A DNA stretch of 61,325 bases, the filler included, from Pirum gemmata (taxonomy: Eukaryota): NCBI GenBank assembly GCA_002812295.1. It is 8 parts of 8 records of this genome, joined end to end, with 100 filler letters (N's around TTAATTAATTAA, not from the genome) between each part and the next. Parts side by side here need not be neighbours in the genome. Positions count along the whole stretch, not along the records: positions 1 to 7,540 come from PDIN01000127.1; positions 7,641 to 15,155 come from PDIN01000128.1; 6 more parts are not named here. The stretch is one strand, 5' to 3'. Below the pieces are notes generated by a model. That model was not told the DNA's origin. It worked only from the letters and a program-made list of their open reading frames with translations, and did not search any database. The translations under genes and the position numbers were made by a program. Positions 1 through 9,967 of this stretch are shown here, in pieces. Every line of letters starts with the position of its first letter. Position 1 is the first letter of the stretch.

Positions 1-100
1 TATTATTATTATTATTATATTTGTATTATCAGCAACAAAGCAATATTAATAATTTTTTTAATCAATTTTCTTGTGCCTCATAATAAAACCAAATCCTTAG

Positions 101-3100
101 GCTATACAAAAATCATTCGAGAAATACAAGAGGCAGAAGAAAAATTAAAATCATTGGACAAAAAAATTGAAATGCTTGAATATCTTTGTGCCAACGATGA
201 TGATGATTTACTGGAAAGCCAATCTGCCAGTTCCTTAGATCGCGGTGAGAGCTTCGATAAAGGAAAAAGTGAATTTTATGTTAATTCTGATATTGAAAAT
301 AACGGGAAAGAGCAAAGAAACAGACGAACAAGTAATTTTAGTGGTAGTGGTACAGATAGTGATAGTCAAAATTCCCCAATTTGGACGTCAACACTGACGC
401 GGTCCATTTCTAATGGGAATTTTGGTGACGTTTCAGGTTTTAATAGAAAAAGACCTCTACCACAAGGAAACCAAGATGGCCAGCAATTATCTTTACCTTC
501 TTCTCCTAAGCAACAGAATAGTAATTTATTGGTAAACGACAATTCTTCCGCACCATCTTCTCCTAAAGGTCACCGAAGAGGCCGATCACTTAACTCTTAT
601 ACAAGTGCCTATGACCTGGAATACCAGGAACAAAGACAAAAAATAGAACGAACCTCGGTCACTAAAATTTTAGAAAGCGAACACGAAAACAACAGTGCAG
701 CTAATAAAAAACAACTGAAAAACGGACATGTCCGAACTTTAAGTCAAGATGACTTAAGTTCAAGAAAATCATCTTTTGAATCGCAAAACATTTTAAAACA
801 AACAAATGCAGATGAAAAAAAAAATAAAACCGAGGATACTATATGTGATTGGGTAATAATTCATGATAAAAAGAAGCTTAAACACAGTAATAGCATGGAT
901 AAAAAAAGTCTGGTTAGCAATGAGTTGCAAGGCTTGCAAAAGAATGTCGAAAAGCATTCCATCACTAAAAAAGACAGTAAAAATAGAAATTCCGAACATA
1001 ATGATTATAAAAGTATTAATGCAAATTATGTTGATGATGACAGCACCACGGGTGATTCGGCAGTGATTACAACAAAGAAAAAAAGAAGGATGAGAAGCAA
1101 AAGCGATGTTGATTCCAAGTCAAAATTTTCGGGTATCATTTCGAAAATAGGCGGAAAAGATGCGAATACCCCCCCTAGACAATTAGAAATAGTGCTTTTG
1201 AATAGACCTGTAGATGGAAATGAGCATGGAAATGAAGGGTTAATACCTGAAGGGCTAACAACTTTGCCGATTAATAGAGCAAAAAGCTTTAGCGATGCTA
1301 ACAGTTTACGATGTAATAGTGAATTTGGTAATGATAGTGGCAACAGCAATATTAGTAATAATGATAATATTAAGATTAAGATCAATAATGAAAACAGCAG
1401 CAAAGGTAATAGTCACAATGATAAGAATAATGAACGTGAGTCCAGAAATGAAAATAATGTTTGTGATTATGACAACAACAACACCAGCACCAACAGTAGT
1501 ACTTGTAATGATCGAGAAAACAGTGACAATGAAAATGCTGACAATAATAACATCAAGAAAATCAATAGTGACATAAGTTCCCGCGCTTCTTTCCAAATTG
1601 CCAAAAGAAAGCGAAAGAATAGCCAGTCGACTGAAGATAGTAGAAAGAGAAAGAATAGTAATGAGTTAAAACTTAAGAATAGTGCTATACGTATGCGTCA
1701 TTCTAGTGATGACATTACTTTCCGCCATGAACGCTCCCATAGCGATGCCAAATTACACGATGGTGAGAACCATGTAAGTTCATTTAGAAGAGGTGTTAGT
1801 AATATCAAGCGAGGAGTAAGTCCCGTCCCTAACATGTTAAAGCGAAGTGGGAGTGATGTTAGTTCTTACTTCTTAAAGCCAAAAGACAAATTGGACAAAG
1901 ATTACAAAGATAAACACACTAAAGATTGCAGGCCAGTTACTAGTAGTCCCGTCAGTCGCATGAGATTGTTTTCATCGTCGGTTCGAAGGTGGGATAAATA
2001 CCATCGTGATAGCCAAAGTAGTTATAATGATACCACCGAAGACGATGATATCAAACGATATGAACTATCAGATTCTGAAGATGATGATGACAATACCATT
2101 CAAATGTATCGTGGTAAGTTTGCGCTTAAGCATGCCAAGAGTCAAGGTGCTATTTCTGTTGGATTTGGTGATATATATACGTGTGATGTTGATAATAGTG
2201 ATGATGATAATGATGAAACCAACATAAATAACAACAATACTATTACTAACACTTCTATAAAAACGAATGTTAACAGTGATTTTAATAGTAAAACTAATGC
2301 TGAAAATGAGCAAGGTGAGAATAGTGAGTTTAAAATATCTGGCAGAGCCGATAATGAAACTTACGATTTGCAAAGTTCCAACTTTAGTATCAAAGTGGAA
2401 AATAAAGGAAACGAAAATGAAAATGAAAAAAATTACAATGACCAGGCTAGTGACAATATTAGCGAGACAGCGGTATCTGATTTTAACAATGGCATAGAGA
2501 CTGTTGAGGTTGCAATAATAAATAGTATTGGAAGCATGGACATATCGGATGATTTTATGGATGCCAACGATGGGGAGAAGGGCAAGGGTAATAGTTCCAA
2601 CAAATATGAAGAATATATGAACCAAAGACTTAATTCAATGAAAAGGGCACAATCAACTACAGCGTTAAAATCATCCCAATTTTCGTTACCCTCCCCTTTA
2701 GAGTCCAGTTCTTCTGGCATCATTAAAAAGAAAAAAAGTAACAACGAAAAGCTTTCTAATAGCTTCAGTCAGGGTAATATGTGTGGCAGTGCCTTTTATA
2801 TCAGCAGCAGTAGCAACACCAATTTTAACGACAAAGGTACAATTGTCGCGGACAAGGGTGCTAAAACTCCACCAAGTTTAAAGACCGTTTCAATTGGTCT
2901 GGATAATGAAATTATGGTAGATACTGGTTTTGATAGTGAAAGGCAAATGGTATTGAAAGCGAAACTAAGAAAATTATTGACAGAAAAAAATGAGTTGGCG
3001 ACTGACAGCCGAGCGCTTGATGTTAAGAGTGTCGTTCAACTGAAATTAAAGTTGGGAATGCTCGAGATGGATATAAAAGAGGTTAAAGCTGCTTTGGCTG

Positions 3101-3120
3101 CTGAAAAGAATTCAAGATAG
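101..3120 (+). CDS. Large terminal exon of an unknown, mostly disordered Ser/Asn/Asp-rich protein with coiled-coil-like ends (5' exons outside contig)
   Basis: A ~3-kb stop-free frame in very AT-rich DNA. There is no ATG at the ORF start, but an intron-like tract ending CCTTAG at 100 gives a plausible acceptor. Heptad-like segments IIREIQEAEEKLKSLDKKIEML and LKAKLRKLLTEKNEL...LEMDIKEVKAAL; many RxxS motifs. No family recognised. Confidence 0.8.
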
Positions 3121-3948
3121 TATTTCAAGAATCGGAATTTTTAATGATTATTACTAAACTACTATAACTAAAAAAGCTTTGCTCTATACTTAAATTTTTT
3201 TATTAAATAATATTGTTTTGTATACTATAAATACTGCACAATATTGTTAATTCTTCGCTAGTTCATGGACTTGTCCTCTAATTGAATTCGAGTGATTGTC
3301 ATCGTCATGTTATTCGTGTACTTATAATTAGTCTCATATTTGTTTATTATTATTATTGGGGGTGGGGTCATTTATGAACGCACATTAAGCTCTACTAGCT
3401 AGAGGAATGTATAATTATTAACATTGAAGTTATTGTACATACTTGTGGTTTATTAGGAAAAAAAGAAAAATAAGAAAATAACCATAGTGCGGTAATCATT
3501 GTGATCAGTATTATCAAATTGTCAAATGATATTACTATATATTTTTATTAAAAACACTTTAAAAACACTATCACTAATGCTGTTAAAAATACATTGTTTA
3601 TATAGGTTACAAACTATTTTATTAATAAAAGGCTAGATAATAATATTATCTACTGGTATATTACTATCATACACCTTTTACTTTTAAATTGACTTTTCAT
3701 AACAACGTAACATTTGTTATCAATATTAATTATGATAATATATAAAAGATATAAAAGACTATATAAAAGTATCAAAATAAACAACCAAATAAATATTCGG
3801 AGTGACAAAATAAATGAAAAGCACTAGACTATAATATTATTATATAATATAGATAACAGTATTAAATTGACTACTAGCTAGCTAGTAGCTAGCTAGCTAT
3901 CTAGTCTATGGTACTAGATAGACTAAAAGTAGCTATTTTTTTTTATAG

Positions 3949-3983
<35 letters not shown>

Positions 3984-3986
3984 AAG

Positions 3987-4106
3987 GGGCTGGCTGATGT
4001 ATACCCGAAAAATGAATTAGGAATGCAATTTGAACTAAAACATAATAAACTTAAACGCCTAAAAGAAATTGCTCAGAAAGAAAATATTGGTATGTGGGAT
4101 AAGTAA
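3987..4106 (+). pseudogene. Orphan terminal exon resembling the C-terminus of a staphylococcal nuclease (SNase/LCL3-like) domain
   Basis: Poly-T tract + AAG acceptor, then GLADVYPKNELGMQFELKHNKLKRLKEIAQKENIGMWDK*. This matches the SNase C-terminal pattern GLAxVY...L...E..A.....G(I/M)W. No upstream SNase exons seen. Confidence 0.6.
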
Positions 4107-4651
4107 ACGTAAATAAGGTTTTTTTTTTGTTGTTTTTATTTAGTGTATGTGGTTCATTATAATTAACAAGAACGATTAAGGAAACGACAGAAACAAATAC
4201 TATTTGGAAGACTTTTTGTCACAATTATTATTATTATTATTTGTGATCTTACTACTTAAACGTCTAAAAGAAATTGCTCAGAAAGAAACTATTGGTATGT
4301 GGGATAAAAAAACGTAAATAGGTTGCTATTTTTTGTTGTTGTTTTTATTTAATGTATGTGTTCATTATAATTAGCAAGAACGTTAAGAGGAGACAGAAAC
4401 AAATAATATTTGAAAGACTCTTGTCACAATTATTATTATTAATATTTGTGACCTTACTACTTAAATGTCTAAAAGAAATTGCTCAGAGAGAAAATATTGG
4501 TATGTGGAATAAGAAAACGTAAATAGGTTGTTATTTTGTTGTTTTTACTGAGTGTATGTGGTTCATTATAATTAACAAGAACGATAAAGGGAAACGACAG
4601 AAACATAATATTTGGGACTTTTGTCACAATTTTTATTATTATTATTTGTGA
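4049..4651 (+). repeat. Tandem repeat, ~205-bp unit x3 (end of SNase-like exon plus 3' flank)
   Basis: Units start ACTTAAA(C/T)G(C/T)CTAAAAGAAATTGCTCAG at 4049, 4254 and 4459. Confidence 0.9.
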
Positions 4652-5476
4652 TAGAAATGATTCATCTTCACACTACCATGGATAAATTCAATTTAAAGAA
4701 TACAAGGTCAATTAGTAATAACAATAACAGTTACAGTAGTGACAATAATGATAATAGACCTCATCTGTTTTTGCAATATTCATACGCCTTTGCGGACATG
4801 GGGTTTTTCGCTCCACTCTGACTATAGAAGGTGAAGGCCTTAACATGAAGATGAAAAACAGAGGTATCAAAATTTTCAAAATTTTCGAAACATGACTGAA
4901 TTATATGCTAAATGTTTCACACGCATAGTTATTAAAGCAACAAATTTTTCGTTGTTGTATTTTAATTGCCATACACATTCAACCTAGTGGTGGAGGTTCG
5001 CAAAGTGCTTTGTATATTAAAATAAATATTGATTTAGGCGATACTCCTACTTTGAGTGTTTTTGGGAATGAGATGGTGTGGTATGCTTTGTCATAGGCTT
5101 CACTACCAAAAAATAGCGCAACTTTTATTGGCCATATATATATATAGCTCTATATATTGGGAAAAAAAGTTCGAGCCTTACTAAGAACTTATATTAGAGT
5201 TGGCAATATTTGGGGAGTGGGGGGATCCACGTCATTTTTGCGTATCGTTTTTGTCAAATTTCCCTCTCCGCAGCTATAGGTCTATGTTAAAATAGGTAAA
5301 ACCGAACACCCCTAATAGTGACAGTATAGTGACAACATCTTCACAAGAATTCCTACATTCGCAATAGGGGGTCATGTGTATTTAACAAGAAATAATAACA
5401 GGATCTAAAAAAAATGGTAATTTTTACTTTGTATGCTCGAATGTTTTATTTATTTATTTATTTATTTATTTATTTG

Positions 5477-5721
5477 ATAAAAACGGCGACATCCGCCATA
5501 TGAGCTCAAAAATCCAAAAAATCTCAAATTGATTCAATTTTAACGAAAGTAATACCAAATTTTGAGGGAAAAAAAAAAAAAAAATACAGCCAACCCGCAT
5601 AAAAATTGCGACATCCGCTATATGAGCTCAAAAATCCGAAAAATGCTTGATGAAGTACTACCAAATTTTGAGAAATGTAAGTCGAAAAAAAAAAGATTTC
5701 TATAGTTTTATCCGGCTTGGC
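5477..5721 (+). mobile_element. MITE family F (TIR CAGCCAAGCCGGATAAAA-like), two partial tandem copies
   Basis: GCGACATCCGC(C/T)ATATGAGCTCAAAAATCC occurs twice; ends TTTTATCCGGCTTGGC; homologous to copies at 7686, 8447, 19265, 27715, 31980 and 49395. Confidence 0.7.
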
Positions 5722-7540
5722 AAAATTAAAAAAATAAAATAAAAGGAAAGGAAAGAAAAGGAGAACAAAATCTTTAAGAAAGATGTTTTTACATGAGTAT
5801 ATACAAATGAGCTTGTGCTATTTGTTTTGTTTATTAATATAGTTATTATCGAACAGAGATAATGAATGATTGTGATAATTTCAAGGTCTGTTATATGAAT
5901 CTTATGTTTATAATAGTAAAAGTAAAATTAAAGTAATAATACTAATATTAATACTAATACTAATATAACGTATCGCATACCCAAACCTTCATGACAAAAC
6001 TGTAGCCTTGAAAACCGGTCTTTTTTATAAATTCCTCAGTATTTTGTAAATAATAGTAGTTAATCACATAACAATAAAATAAATTAAAAAATACAATATT
6101 ATTGTTTCAATAAAAGAAACCCTTAACCTAAAATTTTGCGGGTTCGTGGTTTATTATAAATGATTGATATACTTCCACGTGTATTTAAATTAGTGATTAT
6201 CGATTTCCTTCCAGGAAAATGGAAAATTGTATAAGAAATAAAGTAATTAACTAATGAACTAAAACAAAATGGTTCTCCTGTTGCTTGTGCTCCATTATTT
6301 ATCTCCATTATTTATTATAAGTAAAACGTAGGGGACAGCTCTTTCTTGATAGCTCTTTTTTTTAAAAAAACCCAGTTTGTTTAAATTTTGTGGATTTTAT
6401 TTCCAATAATAAGACAATAACAGTTGAATAACCAACAGCAACAATTATTCTCTTCTTTAATTACAATAGAAGCATTTCGGTCTAGTTTCACTTCGAGTCA
6501 GTACCAGGGAAAATCATATAAGTACTATTACGTATTTGCAAGTTCAATCTTAAGTTTTTCAACACACTTTGTAAATAAAAAACTGTAACCCTTACCATTT
6601 GTTATGCTAGGGTGTGGGAGGGGGAATCAAACTATACCATACATTGAACTATAAAAAACTTATTCAACCCTCGTATACGTAATTTTTAATAGATAACATG
6701 CTTGTTTCACATATCTTCTTTTGCAATTGAATTCATTCGATAGCCATTTAAACATTCGAATTTTACACTTAAATATTTTTTTGACCTTTGTCATATGGCT
6801 CTGGTATGGAATTTAAAAAAAAGCTTTTGGAAGGGAAAAAAAAAATCAAAGTCTCTCACGACTATTACTATTACCACACGCTGAACCTTAAAAAACATAT
6901 TTAAAGCCTCGTAATTTTAATTTGATAAAAGTTAGTTTTGCACAACTGAATTCATTCGATATTTCAATGGATTCACTTTTTTCTTTCAAGTTTACTTACT
7001 TTCACTAGGATAATCACATGACTCAAGACTTTTTCTTTCTTTTCAATAATAAAAAATAATTAAGTTCAAACTTTGAAGGAGATCAGAATTTTTTTGGACC
7101 TGCAATATATATATGAAAATCTTTGAAGACAACTTTCGAAAATTTGAAAAAGTCTTAAAACAAAAGAACACAGAAATGAGAAAATCTTTGAACGAACTAT
7201 TTTCGAAATTTGAAAAATTCTTGAAAGAACAAATGATCGAATTTACCAATAGACACCCCTGTCTATAACCTATTTCCAATATCATAGCACCATATCAATT
7301 ATAAGCCATAAAAAATGACAAAAAAATCAACCTAATTGCTGATTCGAAAAGGAGTGGAAGAAAATTACGATAACGGCAATTCCTTATTTATCTTCATATT
7401 AGCTTGACAATAAATCGCACATGGGCAAATCATACACATACTCATACTCAAAAAAACATCGGGCAGTACAACACACTAATTAATACCATAAGCCAGAAAA
7501 GTTATATAGGTTTTCGTTATTTTTCGTGTTTTTCACTTTC

Positions 7541-7640
7541 NNNNNNNNNNNNNNNNNNNNNNNNNNNNNNNNNNNNNNNNNNNNTTAATTAATTAANNNN
7601 NNNNNNNNNNNNNNNNNNNNNNNNNNNNNNNNNNNNNNNN
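7541..7640. other. Artificial contig spacer (N-TTAATTAATTAA-N, 100 bp); same spacer at 15156-15255, 22898-22997, 30859-30958, 38461-38560, 46059-46158, 53649-53748
   Basis: Identical six-frame-stop linker embedded in N runs at near-regular spacing. Plain N gaps also at 8738-8870 and 54901-55039. Confidence 0.97.
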
Positions 7641-8411
7641 TTTTTCAGAGAATCTGAAGGAGAATTTTTTTTTTTTTTTAACTACCAAGCCGAATAAAAA
7701 TGGCGACGCTCAAAATGTCAAAATGATTCAATTTGAATGTAAGTACTACCTAATTTTAATAAATCGTTTAACTAATAAAACTCTATAGTCATTGTAGTCA
7801 TTGTAGTCATTGTTGTGGATATTGTTGGGTTTGTTGTTTATATTTGGATTTATAATATTTGTAATATTTTTTTGATGCTAGCCTGAGCTACTAGCTAGCT
7901 AGATTAGGCAATTTACGAAAAAACCCACGCAGTAATATATGGAAATGCTAACCTGCCTGTTACCTTTTTAATATGTGAAGAAGCCATATATAGTTTAAAA
8001 GTAGACTAGCTAGACTAGCTAGCTAGTAGCTATGATAGTTATGATTAGTAGAGTAAAACAAAACTGAGTTTAGAAATAAATAATTTTATATCATACCAAA
8101 CTATTTGTTTTGTTTTGATACAATTAAAAGATTTTTTATTTATTGTAGACTAAAAGGAGCAGTTATCTATTTTATTTCATACCAAAATAATAATCACAAT
8201 GTGTCACAATGATTTTTTATTACTTTTTTTAAGAAGGAGAAATGACGTAATCATATGTATTCATATTACGAATTATTCGAGAATTTCTTTATTAGTTATT
8301 ATGCGTTCATGTTTTATATACTGCTATCATAATATAAAAGAGTTGTAAGTTATTGATTAATTAAATTACTAAATAAAGTATCAATTTATCTATTTTTGGT
8401 AAAAAATTAGT

Positions 8412-8446
<35 letters not shown>

Positions 8447-8448
<2 letters not shown>

Positions 8449-8673
8449 GTCAAGCCGGACAAAAATTGCGACATCCGCCATATGAGCACAAAAAACCAAA
8501 AACTCTCAAAATGATCCAATTTGAATAAAAGTGCTACCAAAGTTCAAGAAATATTTTAATTATCAAAACTCTATTATGAACCAATGGCCAGTTTTTAAAA
8601 ATACTTTGGCTAGTTATTATTTAGAGAAGAAGCCTAAAAAAAAAAATTGTGCCTACAGTTTTACCCGGCTTAG

Positions 8674-8675
<2 letters not shown>
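8447..8675 (+). mobile_element. MITE family F, near full-length
   Basis: CAGTCAAGCCGGACAAAA ... TTTTACCCGGCTTAGCT imperfect TIRs; flanked by poly-T/poly-A runs. Confidence 0.75.
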
Positions 8676-8706
<31 letters not shown>

Positions 8707-8902
8707 AGACAAAATATTCGAATGATTTTTTTTAAAANNNNNNNNNNNNNNNNNNNNNNNNNNNNNNNNNNNNNNNNNNNNNNNNNNNNNNNNNNNNNNN
8801 NNNNNNNNNNNNNNNNNNNNNNNNNNNNNNNNNNNNNNNNNNNNNNNNNNNNNNNNNNNNNNNNNNNNNNTTTTTTTCCCTCTATTTTTCCATTTTTTCA
8901 CC

Positions 8903-9260
8903 TTTTTCGCGCCAGTCTTTATTTTAGAAAATAATTTTTACTCCCCTAAAAATAAAAGAAGTAATAATTTTCGCGCCATTTTGCGCAAAAAAGACCCACC
9001 TGAATTTGGGTTTTCTGACCAGAGGGGTTTTTGTTTTTATGGTTTTAGGTTTAACTTTCCCTTCTATCCAATGAGTGTGCGCGGAAAAGTGGCGGAAAAA
9101 GTTCTTTATTTTGAAAATTCGAATTTCAAATCATATTCGATGCAAAATTCGAGTAGCAAATTAAAAAAAATTAATTGATATTTTTTATTATTAATCTTTT
9201 TTCGAGTATATCTAACTACAAAAAAGTCGCATTTTTTTCCCGCTTTTTTTGTGACGTATA
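8903..9260. promoter_or_regulatory. Putative promoter with clustered E2F-like and CHR-like motifs
   Basis: TTTCGCGCC at 8905 and 8969, GCGCGGAAAA at 9079, GGCGGAAAAA at 9091, TTTCCCGC at 9236; TTTGAA/TTCGAA/TTCAAA at 9110-9130; CCAAT near 9068. Function is inferred from motif similarity only. Confidence 0.45.
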
Positions 9261-9569
9261 TTCGGGCCTGTTATTTTTTTTTTTAAAAAAAAATGGGATA
9301 TCATAAATTTAAAAATCTTGAATTATTACAAAAAAAAGTTCAAGCTTTTTTTTCTCTTATGTATACATTATTAGTATATTATTGTTATGCAGTTAATTAT
9401 GCTGGTAGTCTATAATTTACTTCATAACAAAAACGATAAGCTAAAACATACTTAGTGATTATATTGCTATCGATAATGATAATAATACTAATTAGATTTC
9501 AAGCATAAATAAATAAAAATACAACAATAAACGTTTAATAATTAGTATAACACAATAATATTTCGAAAA

Positions 9570-9770
9570 ATGGATGAATCACAGAATCTGAAAAGAAGCT
9601 CCACAGAGAGTGGTGAGAATGTCGGTTCTGCGAAGAAAAAGTACAAAACCAAAACTGTGAAATCCCCGAGAATAACAACAAAAAAAGCATCGACCAAAAC
9701 AACAGCGAAAACTGAAAAAGTACAAAGTAAGCAATCAGGTAATAAACCTAATACTAAAGTTACTTACTAA
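9570..9770 (+). CDS. Small Lys/Thr/Ser-rich basic protein (66 aa), convergent on retrotransposon pol
   Basis: AAAAATGG start context; higher GC than flanks; MDESQNLKRSSTESGENVGSAKKKYKTKTVKSPRITTKKASTKTTAK...; downstream of the motif cluster. Could be a first exon (possible donor CAG|GTAATA near 9739). Confidence 0.45.
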   Translation: MDESQNLKRSSTESGENVGSAKKKYKTKTVKSPRITTKKASTKTTAKTEKVQSKQSGNKPNTKVTY

Positions 9771-9860
9771 ATAATAATAACAACAATAACAAAACCAAAT
9801 AACAACAAAATCAAACAACAAGTACAACAAATATGCAAAAACAACAAACAGCATGTATTC

Positions 9861-9922
<62 letters not shown>
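9861..9922. repeat. (AAT)n microsatellite
   Basis: Pure TAA run between the small ORF and the pol stop. Confidence 0.95.
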
Positions 9923-9925
<3 letters not shown>

Positions 9926-9967
9926 CGCAATGATTAAAAAAAATTAAAAACCCAAACACAACACACA

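Noticed and set aside
793..2744. Several short overlapping ORFs on both strands within the first gene
   Set aside because: Shadow frames of the low-complexity 3-kb exon; compositionally biased, with no motifs
4049..4651. Regularly spaced repeats as a possible CRISPR array
   Set aside because: Whole 205-bp units are homologous (no unique spacers), the context is eukaryotic, and there are no cas genes
4760..5260. Minus-strand peptides (AYDKAYHTIS..., DPPLPKY) faintly like non-LTR RT motifs
   Set aside because: Too short and degenerate to support; no YADD or QG motif found
6123..6308. 61-aa minus-strand ORF
   Set aside because: No recognisable motif or supporting splice structure
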